Notes: generated by a model not told the origin, from the letters alone. A stretch of 64,000 bases of DNA from an uncultured delta proteobacterium (GCA_963845145.1 CAWJQU010000001.1:32001-96000), one strand, 5' to 3'. Counted from the first letter of the stretch, positions 10,205 through 19,877 are shown. Program-made: numbers and translations.

Positions 10205-13153
10205 TTATGCCTCGACCAACCAGGCAAGATCCCGTTCGGTGGTCGCGATTTCAGTCAGCCGACCGCTTTCATCCGATAAAACAGTGCCGGTTAACCATAT
10301 ATCCAGAATTTTCCCGGCCTTTGTCTTTCGCTGACTTTTAAATGACTTTATGGGCTGCCCCTTCGTTATCTTTTCAATGAACGATTTTAACTCACTCTGC
10401 TTATCCTCCGGCACAAATTCGAAGATATTCATCTTGAGCGCCTCGGCTTCGGTCCAGCCATACATCTTATGCGCACCCTTATTCCAGGCAAGAATTTTTC
10501 CATCCAGACCCAGTACCATAACGGCATCATTGGAGTCCTTTAAAACAGTAGCCAGTCTTCTGATTTTATCCGCCTGCTTGACCTTGTGCACATCGACAAA
10601 GGTCATCGCCACCCCATCAATGACATTTTCAGAGGTACGGTACGGCATGACCTTTATGTTATACCAGATAAAATCTTTCGACTGAATTTCAATCTCTACA
10701 GTATTGAGGTCTTTGAGAACCTTTCCGGCCAGGCCGACCAGGTCGACATCCGGAAAATGGGTTTTTAGGTCACTAAGCGGCCGACCGATATCGGTCTGAA
10801 TCAAACTGATGATCCTGGCTGCGGTCGGGGTGTAACGTTTGATGCAAAGATCGGCATCCAGAAATATTGAGGCGATTTCAGTGGCGGCCAACAGATTGTT
10901 CATGTCGTCATTGGCTTTGGCAAATTCATCCACTTTATTTTGAAGTTCCGAATTCACCGTGGCCAGTTCCTCATTGGTGGATTGAAGCTCTTCTTTGGAC
11001 GTCTCCAGCTCTTCGTTGGTGCTTTGAAGTTCCTCGTTGACCGATTGCAGCTCTTCATTGGTAGATTTGAGCTCCTCATTGGAGGTTTCCATCTCCTCAA
11101 TGGTTGCCTGGAGATATTCCTTGGTCGATTGCAGTTCCTGCTCAAGGCCTTGCAGGGCCGTGTCCTGTTTTTTCACTTTAACCGCTCCGGTCTTTTTTTC
11201 ATCGGCTGCCTTCATAGGCGTTTTATCCTCAAACATGACCAGCATAACCCCGGGGGGCAGCCCCTTGTCTGTCATCTGTTTAACGGAGATGTCGATTATA
11301 CAAAACGCACCGTTATAGTTGACGCGCACGCTCTTGCAGGAACCGTCCGTTTTTTGCTGAACCGCCTTATGAAGCATTGTGGTCAGCGGATGTTTGATAT
11401 CCTCGCGGGCCATGTTCAGAATATTAAAGCTGGGCTTGCCTGGGCCCGGAACAAGATACCTGTCCGTTTTACCCACAAAATGTAGAATTTCATATCTGTC
11501 ACTAATTAGAACACCGGCGGGTGCATATTCGTCAAGGATGGCCTGTTCGGCCATCGTCTGGATGGCACTTGTTGCAGACAGCTTATCCTTTCCATCGGAT
11601 TCGACTTTTTGCTGAATGCCGGATTTGATTTCAGTAGGATAAGGGATGCCCATTCCCGCAAGGCCTATTTTGCGTTCAAAGAGTTTCCATTTGGAACTTA
11701 AGGCCTGAAAAAGGTCCGTATGTTCGCCGATGCTTTCGGATGTTCCCAGAAACAGAATCCCGCCGGGGTTTAAGGTATAATGAAACAGGGGGATGATCTT
11801 TTGCTGCAGGACTCTATCCATATAGATCATCAGATTGCGGCAGCTTGCCAGGTCCAGACGGGAAAAGGGGGGATCTTTTATGATATTTTGAATTGAAAAG
11901 ACGACCATGTCGCGGAGCTCTGCTTTGACCTTGAAAAACCCCTGCTCTTTTTTAAAGAACCGTCTTAATCGCTGGGGGGAAACATCCGCACCGATACTAT
12001 CCAGATAGATTCCCTTGCGGGCGGCATCCAGGGCCGCTGCATCGATATCTGTTGCAAAGATTTGAACATTGAAATATTTTTTTACTGCATCCATCGCTTC
12101 GCAAAGAATCATGCCGAGCGAGTAGGCTTCTTCACCGGTGGAGCAGCCCGCAACCCAGAAACGGATCGTCGTGTCAGGCTCTTTTGCGCTCAACAACTCC
12201 GGCAGCATCTTTTGCGCAAGCACATCATAGGCTTCCGTGTCCCTGAAAAAGCTGGTCACCCCGATGACCAGGTTATTAAAGAGTATGTCTATCTCGGCAG
12301 GATATTTCTGGAGGTAAAGAATGTAATCGGGCAACCCTTTTATCTGGTGGACCGCCAGGCGTCGTTCAATCCGCCGGGCAATGGTGTTTGGTTTGTAATG
12401 GGAAAAATCGTGGCCGGTTTTGCTGCGGATCAGTGAAAAAATCTTTTGTATCTGGTTTTTAACCGGTGGTTCTGCGAGTTTGATTTTATCCAGTGCCTCA
12501 AGAAAAGGGTGCCGCGCATACTGGATCAGCGCTTCCGGCATCTTTTCAACCGGAAGGATAAAATCGGCAAGTCCGGTCTCAATAGCACTTTTGGGCATGC
12601 CGTCATATTTGGCCGTTTCCGGCTGCTGGACCATGACCATGCCGCCTTCACCCTTGATCGCTTTTATTCCCAGGGTGCCGTCTGATGCCGTTCCCGACAT
12701 AATAACGCCGATGGCTTTTTCGTCCTGGTCTTCTGAAAGCGATCTGAAAAAGAAATCAACCGGCATGTTGATCGTGCTGGTTTTTACCGGTTCCAGAAGA
12801 TGTAGGCAGCGGTTGAAAATGGCCACGTTCTTGCCCGGGGGATTCAGATAGACATGGTTCGGTTCAATCTTTGTGCCGTCTTCAATCTGCGCGACTGTCA
12901 TCTGGGTGTGTTTATCCACGAGTGAAGCCATGATGCTCTTGTGTTGCGGGCTTAAGTGCTGGATAACCACAAATGCCAGGTTGCTGTCTGGTGGCATGAT
13001 GGAAAAGAAAGCATTTAAAGTCTCTAATCCACCGGCGGAAGCACCAATGCCGACGATGGGGGCGTCGATGCCTTCTTTTTGTCTTTCCTCTTGCTTAACC
13101 TTTTTTAAAGACTTCTTTTTGGCGGGCGCTACTTTTTTATTTTTTGTCGGCAT
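10205..13153 (-). CDS. CheB-CheR fusion protein with coiled coil and PAS domains
   Basis: GIGASAGG/QHL/SDG methylesterase residues; AGCSTGEEAYS and SCRNL methyltransferase motifs; NEEL heptad repeats; C-terminal PAS. Confidence 0.92.
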   Translation of the reverse strand: MPTKNKKVAPAKKKSLKKVKQEERQKEGIDAPIVGIGASAGGLETLNAFFSIMPPDSNLAFVVIQHLSPQHKSIMASLVDKHTQMTVAQIEDGTKIEPNHVYLNPPGKNVAIFNRCLHLLEPVKTSTINMPVDFFFRSLSEDQDEKAIGVIMSGTASDGTLGIKAIKGEGGMVMVQQPETAKYDGMPKSAIETGLADFILPVEKMPEALIQYARHPFLEALDKIKLAEPPVKNQIQKIFSLIRSKTGHDFSHYKPNTIARRIERRLAVHQIKGLPDYILYLQKYPAEIDILFNNLVIGVTSFFRDTEAYDVLAQKMLPELLSAKEPDTTIRFWVAGCSTGEEAYSLGMILCEAMDAVKKYFNVQIFATDIDAAALDAARKGIYLDSIGADVSPQRLRRFFKKEQGFFKVKAELRDMVVFSIQNIIKDPPFSRLDLASCRNLMIYMDRVLQQKIIPLFHYTLNPGGILFLGTSESIGEHTDLFQALSSKWKLFERKIGLAGMGIPYPTEIKSGIQQKVESDGKDKLSATSAIQTMAEQAILDEYAPAGVLISDRYEILHFVGKTDRYLVPGPGKPSFNILNMAREDIKHPLTTMLHKAVQQKTDGSCKSVRVNYNGAFCIIDISVKQMTDKGLPPGVMLVMFEDKTPMKAADEKKTGAVKVKKQDTALQGLEQELQSTKEYLQATIEEMETSNEELKSTNEELQSVNEELQSTNEELETSKEELQSTNEELATVNSELQNKVDEFAKANDDMNNLLAATEIASIFLDADLCIKRYTPTAARIISLIQTDIGRPLSDLKTHFPDVDLVGLAGKVLKDLNTVEIEIQSKDFIWYNIKVMPYRTSENVIDGVAMTFVDVHKVKQADKIRRLATVLKDSNDAVMVLGLDGKILAWNKGAHKMYGWTEAEALKMNIFEFVPEDKQSELKSFIEKITKGQPIKSFKSQRKTKAGKILDIWLTGTVLSDESGRLTEIATTERDLAWLVEA

Positions 13154-13446
13154 GATCGTTGCCTTTATAGATGAAAAAGATTCAGACTATGGATCGAAAG
13201 GTGGCGTTACTGAATTTTCGCCCTTATGCAGATAGCATCATTCTCTCGATTTGATTTAAAAAGTAATTTTAGAAGAATTATTTTTTGTCAGAAAAACAAA
13301 TTGTATTAGATTATTGGCCTTCTTCGTCGGCACCCCCAAATTTTTTATCGGAATCGATACATGGGTTTATTAAGAGCTTTAGCCTTCGATCTTCACTTTC
13401 TAGGGTCTTTTTTTCTTCGTTCCCGGACCGGGGGGGGAAGTGCGGG

Positions 13447-13781
13447 CTATCCGACGCTGTTGCCAGTTTTTTTTAAATTTTCAAACTGGTGCAACTTCTC
13501 TTCAAACTCCCTATTTTCATTGGCCACTCTTTCCAGTTTTTCACGCAGCAATTGATTGAATAGCTCCAGGTCCTCGGTCGACATTTCTTCCTCCGGTTCA
13601 GGATTAGAATTAGAATTAGAATTAGAATTAGATCTCGATACTTCTCCCTTCTCTACGGGATAATTCTTTGCTGCAAACAACCAGACTATGGAACATTTTG
13701 AGGCTGTGGCCAGCCTTATCGCATAATCGCCATAAAGAGTGCCCGTTAATGCAGGATATATTTGTAACCCAATTTTTTTCC
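13447..13781 (-). pseudogene. Possible XRE/phage-repressor relic
   Basis: Stop-bounded frame ...GTLYGDYAIRLATASKCSIVWLF... resembles the end of an XRE HTH, followed by an acidic coiled-coil tail; no N-terminus. Confidence 0.3.
13603..13632. repeat. (ATTAGA)5 microsatellite
   Basis: Five perfect hexamer copies, giving SNSNSNSN in the minus-strand frame. Confidence 0.95.
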
Positions 13782-13954
13782 ATAGTCAATACCCATAGTT
13801 ACGTCTTTTTTTGGACAGGTTCCACTATATCCACGGTGGACAAATCCCACCACCTCGCCACAGGCACAGGCGGATCATGAAATCCACGGCGGATAAGTAA
13901 GAGGTGAGCATGCGCCCCAAACAGATGTCCTTATTTAACACGCCCACCCTCAAT

Positions 13955-15223
13955 GAGACTATGAAACTACGGGTATCCCTCCCGGGTTGGAAAATGGTAA
14001 TGTTTTTTTGCCATAAAAACAAACCCAACCCAGAAAGGAGATACCCAAATGAACTATATCGGAGTAGATTGTCATATTTCAAGTTTAGATTTTGCGGTGG
14101 TCAATGAAAGGGGAACTACGACTAAAAAAGCGAAAGTGAATACGGGTGTTAAGGAATTTATTGGTTTTGTAAAAAGCGTGTCCAAGCCCAGAAGAATTTT
14201 CATAGAAGAGGGTGAACTGGCGGGATGGCTTCTTGAAACGAGTTTAAAATTTGGCGAGCGATTAATTATTACCGATCCCAAGATCAACAAATGGATCGGC
14301 AAAGCGGGCCAAAAGGATGACACGATCGATGCCGAGAAGCTGGCTCAGTTAGCCAGGGGCAGATATATCAAGGCGATTTATCATCCTGTGGATAAACGAA
14401 GACGGTTCAAAGAACTGGTATTCGCCTATCATGATACGGTAAAGAGCCAGACCAGGATTAAAAACAAAATAAAAGCCAGTTTCAGAAAAAACGGGATACG
14501 GTGTAGTGGCGTGACCGTATATTCTGATAAGTACAGGGATAAATGGCGAGAGCAGCTTTCGGAAAATAAGATTACCCATTTGATCGTAGAGGAATTATGG
14601 ATTCAGCTGGACCAACTGCATGCGTCTAAGGAGAGGCTTAAAAGGAATATTAGAATCCAAAGCAAGCGGTACCCTGAGATAAAGCGGTTCATGGAGATAC
14701 CCGGGATAGGCCTGATCCATGCTGCGACCATATCAGCAATAATAGAGACGCCACATCGATTTGCCAATAAAAAGAAACTATGGATGTATGCAGGCGTTGG
14801 TCTTATGGAGACGCAGTTCGGGGGAGAGGGTATACTCAAGAAAGTTAACAAGAGAGTATAACCGTCCTTTGAAAAATGCAATAAAGCAGGCTGTCCGAGG
14901 CATCGATTTATGCTAATGACAATCAGTTCAGAAGACAGTACCTGAGATTGACACTTGAAAAAGGGAATTGCATCTCACAAGGCCAAGCTAACCGTGGCAA
15001 GGAGTATGTTGGCCGCATTATATGGGATGTGGAAAAAAGGAGAAGAGTATGATCCCGAGATAGATATTAAAAGGAAAAGCGAAGAAAAAAAGTAAATTCG
15101 TGCGTATCATTTTGCCAAGGCATGTTTAGGTATATCAACCAGCGATCGATACGCACGGAAGAGGGAAAGTATCAGCGATATATTGGCCCTTAAGGTCCTA
15201 TTACACAATGAGTATGCACCCAT
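13955..15223 (+). mobile_element. IS110-family insertion sequence
   Basis: Carries a DEDD transposase; ends inferred from in-frame restoration of the target gene, with an AT dinucleotide at both junctions; right end may be shortened. Confidence 0.7.
14049..15095 (+). CDS. IS110-family transposase (frameshifts near 14810 and 14897)
   Basis: YIGVDCH, IEEG, KDDTIDAEKLA DEDD residues; IPGIG; RFANKKKLWMYAG; shifted frames continue SSG...YNRPLK...KLTVARSMLAALYGMWKKGEEYDP*. Confidence 0.88.
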
Positions 15224-15484
15224 ATTTCACGACCATTAAAAGCAGCGATGAATGGGGCCGCAAAACAGTGAGGTCTATCGAGCGATAAAATCGTAGACTG
15301 CATGAACGACCTTTCCGATCGATACGGCGTATCCTTGGTCAACGGCAACGCCCGCAAACTCAAGCTCGAAACCTTTGCCAAATAGTTCAATCCTGAAGAC
15401 AAATCACGCCAGATCCCGGTCAAAGCCTCCAGTGTTTTGTGCGGACGTTAACAGCGCCGAACATATTATTAGGAGTGCATTGCG

Positions 15485-15675
15485 GGGAACAGTCCAATGA
15501 AATACATCGGCGGTAAATCGAAATTGGCCAATCAGATCAACGGCATGATGCCGGAACATCAAGGGTATTGCAAGACGCGTTCGGAGCGTTCAATATCAAA
15601 CCCGTAACGCTCAAATATACGACACCGATCGGACCCTCAACCAAAGGCAAGGAGCTGATGGCCACCAATTATTAA
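15485..15675 (+). pseudogene. DNA adenine methylase relic with the middle deleted
   Basis: N-terminal NSPMKYIGGKSKLA..I..MMPEH..YC directly followed in another frame by C-terminal F.AFNIKPVTLKYT...KGKELMATNY*. Confidence 0.7.
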
Positions 15676-15848
15676 CCTATAAAACCAGCAAAAAAGAGCC
15701 TGTCGAGACCGTTTCTTGGCTGGCGGACGGATAGTGGAGAACGGAAAAGTACACTAAATGGAGCAAAATAATTTTCGGTCCGCAACTGTGTGAGTTATAT
15801 TACCTTTTTAAACCAAAAGGTTACGGATAATATTTTCAGTTTACCCGC

Positions 15849-15893
15849 CTCTGGAACAAAAGCGAGCCGACTAGATAACATCCCTATATGGCA
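15849..15893 (+). repeat. Degenerate upstream copy of the attI-like site
   Basis: 27 of 33 nt identical to 16039-16071; the GTT core position reads ATATGGC. Confidence 0.55.
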
Positions 15894-16038
15894 CGTAAAC
15901 GAGCCACTTTTGTGAAATAATAAGTAATGTTGAAATAAGTTAATATAGCGGTATCCCACTAATATATCAAAACATTCATGCAGTTTCTTGTATTTTTCAG
16001 TATTATTGACTATGGTAGCTGAGATCTGAGTCTGGGCT

Positions 16039-16082
16039 CTCAGGAACGAAAACAAGCCGATTAGATAATATTAATGTTAGCC
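16039..16082 (+). other. attI-like integron site 1
   Basis: GTTAGCC core at 16076-16082 with no attC hairpin upstream, exactly complementary to GGCTAAC closing the next cassette. Confidence 0.6.
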
Positions 16083-16098
16083 CTCAAAGGAGAAGAAA

Positions 16099-16713
16099 TT
16101 GAATATCGAAATTTGGATTTCGTTTATTTTTGCCTCATTGATTTTGTGCTTTTCGCCTGGACCTACTGTTTTTCTTGTTATGGGGCAATCCTTGAATCAT
16201 GGCAAGAAGTCTGTTGTACCTTTGGTGACAGGTGTTCTTTCTGGTGACCTGGTCGCTATGAGTTTATCGTTCGCTGGTTTAGGTGTTTTGTTAGCCACAT
16301 CAGCAATGTTGTTCAATATATTTAAATGGGTCGCCGCAGCTTATTTGTTTTATCTTGGTATAAAAGCATGGCGCACAAAAATAAATGCAGAAAAATTTAA
16401 AACTATGTCTATTAAAAAAGGCAGGATGTTCAAGGATTCCTTGCTTGTAACAGCTTTGAACCCAAAAGGCATAATTTTTTTCTGCGCTTTTTTCCCATTG
16501 TTCATAGATGCTAAAAAGGCAGTTATACCTCAAATGACAATTTTGGCAGTATCGTTCTTACTTGTTTCAGTTGCAAGTACCACGTTTTACTCTACGTTTT
16601 CCGGCTATTTAGGCAGTAAAGTTAAATCGCCAAGGTTTCAAAGTACTTTCAACAAAGCAATCGGGACAATGTTAATGGGTGCTGGTGCAGTTACAGCATC
16701 AGTTCAAAAATAA
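16099..16713 (+). CDS. LysE/RhtB-family translocator (gene cassette)
   Basis: SPGP, YLFYLGIKAWR, TALNPKGIIFF motifs; bounded by core site and attC. Confidence 0.88.
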   Translation: MNIEIWISFIFASLILCFSPGPTVFLVMGQSLNHGKKSVVPLVTGVLSGDLVAMSLSFAGLGVLLATSAMLFNIFKWVAAAYLFYLGIKAWRTKINAEKFKTMSIKKGRMFKDSLLVTALNPKGIIFFCAFFPLFIDAKKAVIPQMTILAVSFLLVSVASTTFYSTFSGYLGSKVKSPRFQSTFNKAIGTMLMGAGAVTASVQK

Positions 16714-16714
16714 G

Positions 16715-16802
16715 GGCTAACAAGGAAAATGCACTCGGACGGCAAAAAGCGCCGCTCGTTCCTCACTCTGCTTTTTGCCGCCGGTGATTTGCGGCGTTAG
16801 CC
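16715..16802 (+). other. attC site (intact)
   Basis: R'' GGCTAAC, 5 nt, L'' AAATGCAC ... L' GTGATTT, 5 nt, R' GTTAGCC; internal perfect stem CGGCAAAAAGC/GCTTTTTGCCG. Confidence 0.9.
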
Positions 16803-16831
16803 ATGTCGAATACAAAAATAGAGGTGTAAAC

Positions 16832-17245
16832 ATGTTAAAAAAAGCATTTTTGATATTCCTTTTTATTATGCTGATTTTCTCATTCGCCAACGCTTATGAT
16901 CTTGCCACTGAGATATCGAAAAACAATGGAAAGGTAGCATTGTCATCAGTGGGGTACGCGAAATTGGGCCTTATTAAAATTAGCACTAGTTCAAAAGGCA
17001 TGATTTCCCTAAATGGAACAATTTCCGTTAATGGAAAAGCAAATATAGTTATGTGGGCAAAAGTTGATGGGAATTATTACTTTTCGAAGCTACCCTCTTT
17101 GCAAAATATGATTAATCAGAAAGATGTTAACTTTAAAATCCCATTTAATGCCGCTGAAAAGACTATCACTGAAGTAATATTGGAAGTTGAATTATTGGGG
17201 AACGGCAATATAGAGATCGATAATATAAAACTAATTAATGGCTAA
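16832..17245 (+). CDS. Hypothetical exported protein (gene cassette)
   Basis: GAGGTG RBS, signal peptide ending ANA; its stop lies in GGCTAAC (17240-17246), complementary to the upstream GTTAGCC; the rest of the attC is missing. Confidence 0.7.
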   Translation: MLKKAFLIFLFIMLIFSFANAYDLATEISKNNGKVALSSVGYAKLGLIKISTSSKGMISLNGTISVNGKANIVMWAKVDGNYYFSKLPSLQNMINQKDVNFKIPFNAAEKTITEVILEVELLGNGNIEIDNIKLING

Positions 17246-17322
17246 CCTTATTCGATATATACGTACAAAATTCAGGTAATAAACAGTGAGCTTCCTTCAA
17301 ATTTATTGAGGAGATTTTCTCT

Positions 17323-17784
17323 ATGCGTTCTATTAAAAGCCAATTGAATCTTTGCATTTGGTCTATATTTTTGATGATTGGATTTGCAGTTCCGGCTCTT
17401 GCTGCAGCGAATGCTGACGGCGCCGACCCTCAAAACACAACGAACCCCCATCATTTTATCGCCATCTATTTTCATACGACGCTGCGTTGCCCCACCTGTC
17501 ACAGAATTGAGACCTTGTCGGAAGAGGCGATAAAAAGGACCTTCGCTAATGAGTTGGAAACCGGGACGCTGGTCTGGCGAGCCATCAACGTAGATGAGTC
17601 TGAAAACAAACATTATAATGCTGATTATCAGCTGTTTACAAAATCTGTTATCATTTCCGAAGTAAAGGATGGAAAGGAGATTCGGTGGAAAAATCTTGAC
17701 AAAATTTGGGTGCTGGTGAGAGATGAAGAGGCCTTTTCCCAGTATGTTACATCAGAAATAAACGCTTGGATGACGCCGGAATGA
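17323..17784 (+). CDS. ArsF-like exported thioredoxin-fold protein
   Basis: Signal peptide; YFHTTLRCPTCHRIE CxxC motif; WKNLDKIW. Confidence 0.7.
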   Translation: MRSIKSQLNLCIWSIFLMIGFAVPALAAANADGADPQNTTNPHHFIAIYFHTTLRCPTCHRIETLSEEAIKRTFANELETGTLVWRAINVDESENKHYNADYQLFTKSVIISEVKDGKEIRWKNLDKIWVLVRDEEAFSQYVTSEINAWMTPE

Positions 17785-18479
17785 TAGACTTCGGCGTTTC
17801 TCAGATTGGCTCCGTTATTTGGCTGGGTATTCTGACTTCCATCAGCCCCTGCCCTCTTACGACCAACATTGCTGCAACAAGCTTTATCGGCCGGCAGATC
17901 CAATCGCGGTATGCCATCGTAATTGCCGCTGTGGCCTATACCCTCGGTCGGACCCTTTGCTACATAACCATCAATCTAATTATCGTTGCCGGATTGATAT
18001 CGATTCCCGGGGTCGCCAATTTCCTTCAACTGCGAATGAATCAAATCCTCGGGCCGATATTGTGCATTACCGGCTTGTTTATCCTGGGACTTGTTCCGTT
18101 GAAAGTGCCGAGTTTCAGCCTTGCCAACGAAAACCTTCAAAAACTTGGCAAAAACGGTTTTTTCGGGGCTATTTTACTCGGTTTTCTATTTGCCCTGTCA
18201 TTTTGTCCAATATCAGCGGCATTGTTCTTCGGTAGCGTGATTCCCCTGGCCATAAAAAGTCACTCCTGGTTATTGTTTCCGTTTTTATACGGCGTCGGCA
18301 CTGCCATACCGGTCATCGGAGTTGCGTTTGCCATGGCCTACAGCACACGGATGGCCGGCATTTTTCTTGATCGGCTCTCCCGGGTCGAGCGCTGGCTTCG
18401 CAGAGTCACCGGAATCCTGTTTATACTGATCGGCGTTTATTTTTGCCTTAAATATATTTTTCGGATTATCAATTTTTAA
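17781..18479 (+). CDS. ArsG-like / CcdA-DsbD-type membrane protein
   Basis: LGILTSISPCPLTTNIAA and ALSFCPISAALFFG motifs; ATGA overlap with the upstream gene. Confidence 0.72.
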   Translation: MIDFGVSQIGSVIWLGILTSISPCPLTTNIAATSFIGRQIQSRYAIVIAAVAYTLGRTLCYITINLIIVAGLISIPGVANFLQLRMNQILGPILCITGLFILGLVPLKVPSFSLANENLQKLGKNGFFGAILLGFLFALSFCPISAALFFGSVIPLAIKSHSWLLFPFLYGVGTAIPVIGVAFAMAYSTRMAGIFLDRLSRVERWLRRVTGILFILIGVYFCLKYIFRIINF

Positions 18480-18653
18480 TGCCTTTCTAAAAGAATCATT
18501 GATATTATTTATCTCAACATTTTCAATATTCACATGGTATATTTCATAGTAAACTTATTTTTAAGCTTTTCGAAAGGCGCAGGGATAAACCCGCCGCCGG
18601 TTATGTTTTTCATGACCTGTCTATCGCCAACTATGATATCTGTAATCAAGCTT

Positions 18654-18761
18654 TTGTCTGCTTTAAAGTTTTCCGCGAAATTTTATGGGTTATAGAAATT
18701 GTCTGCTTTTTGACCCAATTATGGGTGTTAACAAGACGTCTATCGAATATCAATGTTATAA
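18654..18761 (+). other. attI-like integron site 2 with upstream direct repeats
   Basis: GTTATAA core at 18755-18761 complementary to TTATAAC closing the next cassette; 22 of 29 nt identical to attI-like site 1; TTGTCTGCTTT repeated at 18654 and 18699; no attC hairpin. Confidence 0.55.
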
Positions 18762-18774
18762 CCTGGTCGATGCT

Positions 18775-19149
18775 ATGGAATTAATATGCCCCAGTCTAAA
18801 TCGTGAAGAAGAGGCATCAACACATAGTATTGCTGGAATTGTTCCCAAGATAGCAAATAAAGAAAATCCATTCGTTATCCCCGAGAAAGATGAAATGACA
18901 TATATGCAGGGCCTTTGGGCACCAAAAGGTTATGATCTCGAATATCAAGAAGGAAATGTTTTTGAACACTATTGGCTCAAAGAATTGACAACTCAAGATG
19001 ACGTAATTTGGGCTCTTCAGTCCTATCTGAAGAAAGAACATTACTGGAAAACAAAATTCAATTTTGATAAGAAAGATATAGCAACTCCGAGCCATAAAAT
19101 CGGATTTAAATTGGTGGCCTTTTTTGGTAGGCTATTTAAAAACTTATAA
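18775..19149 (+). CDS. Hypothetical protein (gene cassette)
   Basis: ATG just after the core site, followed by an attC; YMQ..LEYQEG..H pattern; no family recognised. Confidence 0.65.
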   Translation: MELICPSLNREEEASTHSIAGIVPKIANKENPFVIPEKDEMTYMQGLWAPKGYDLEYQEGNVFEHYWLKELTTQDDVIWALQSYLKKEHYWKTKFNFDKKDIATPSHKIGFKLVAFFGRLFKNL

Positions 19150-19159
19150 ATACTGGAGG

Positions 19160-19221
19160 TTATAACTACCGCGTTCACGGGGCCCGCGAGAACCATGCCG
19201 CCCGTGACGCAAGCGTTATAC
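19160..19221 (+). other. attC site (intact, 62 bp)
   Basis: R'' TTATAAC, 5 nt, L'' CGTTCACG ... L' CGTGACG, 5 nt, R' GTTATAC. Confidence 0.88.
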
Positions 19222-19250
19222 TTTAAAACAGAATTGGAATTTAATTGGTT

Positions 19251-19877
19251 ATGGGCTTTTCGACATTTTTTTCAGAACAAGCCAGAAAACCGGCAGGATT
19301 ATTCGGACGTATCATCATGTCTCTTGTCTTTGATAAAGGTAATGCCTTTTTAAATGGATTTGTCCATGAACTGATGTCGGTGCAGGCAAATGATCATGTA
19401 CTTGAAATTGGTTTCGGTACAGGGAAGCTGATTCATGAAATGGCCGCGCAGATCAGTGAAGGATATATTGAAGGTGTGGACTTTTCAAGTTCTATGGTGT
19501 CAATTGCTCAAAAAAGAAATAAGAAACATATTGCAGACGGCAGGGTGAAAATCCTGCAAGGGAATTTTGACGCGATGTCATTCAAAAAGAACTATTTTAC
19601 CAAAGCCTGTAGCGTAAATACGATATATTTCTGGCCGAAACCGGAAAACACTGCAAAAAAAATAGCGGAACTTTTGAAGCCTGAGGGTAAATTTGTTGTA
19701 GCTTTCGAGGACTATAAACAATTGAAACAAAGGAATCTAAATAGGAATGTATTCCATCTTTATTCTAAAAACGACGTTAAAACCCTTTTAATTGATGCTG
19801 GTTTTTCAACTGATGTCACTATTGAATCAAGGATGAGAGGAAAATCTGTTTTTCACTGTGTTGCTGCGATAAAATGA
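19251..19877 (+). CDS. Class I SAM-dependent methyltransferase (gene cassette)
   Basis: QARKPAGLFGR, VLEIGFGTG motif I, GVDFS, VNTIYFW, LKPEG. Confidence 0.88.
   Translation: MGFSTFFSEQARKPAGLFGRIIMSLVFDKGNAFLNGFVHELMSVQANDHVLEIGFGTGKLIHEMAAQISEGYIEGVDFSSSMVSIAQKRNKKHIADGRVKILQGNFDAMSFKKNYFTKACSVNTIYFWPKPENTAKKIAELLKPEGKFVVAFEDYKQLKQRNLNRNVFHLYSKNDVKTLLIDAGFSTDVTIESRMRGKSVFHCVAAIK

Larger units (their letters stand above)
13910..15451 (+). pseudogene. Phage early/regulatory-like gene interrupted by IS110 and carrying internal stops
   Basis: Joining 13954 to 15224 gives MRPKQMSLFNTPTLN|ISRPLKAAMNGAAKQ*GLSSDKIVDCMNDLSDRYGVSLVNGNARKLKLETFAK*FNPEDKSRQIPVKA; GAGGTG RBS upstream. Confidence 0.5.

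Noticed and set aside
10940..11145. Periodic DNA in the cheBR gene
   Set aside because: Explained by the NEELQS heptad coiled coil normal for CheB-CheR fusions
15713..15726. TTGGCTGG as a duplicated tRNA-Gln 3' end (att site)
   Set aside because: Only about 8 nt match; expected by chance
15795..16055. 86-aa minus-strand ORF as an integron integrase
   Set aside because: No tyrosine-recombinase R-H-R-Y motifs; spans the attI-like repeats
18532..18613. Minus-strand MKNITGGGFIPAPFEKL as an intI N-terminal relic, or GCCGCCGGTTATG as the right arm of the broken attC
   Set aside because: Too short, no integrase motifs, no pairing with the 17240 left arm and no correctly spaced GTT
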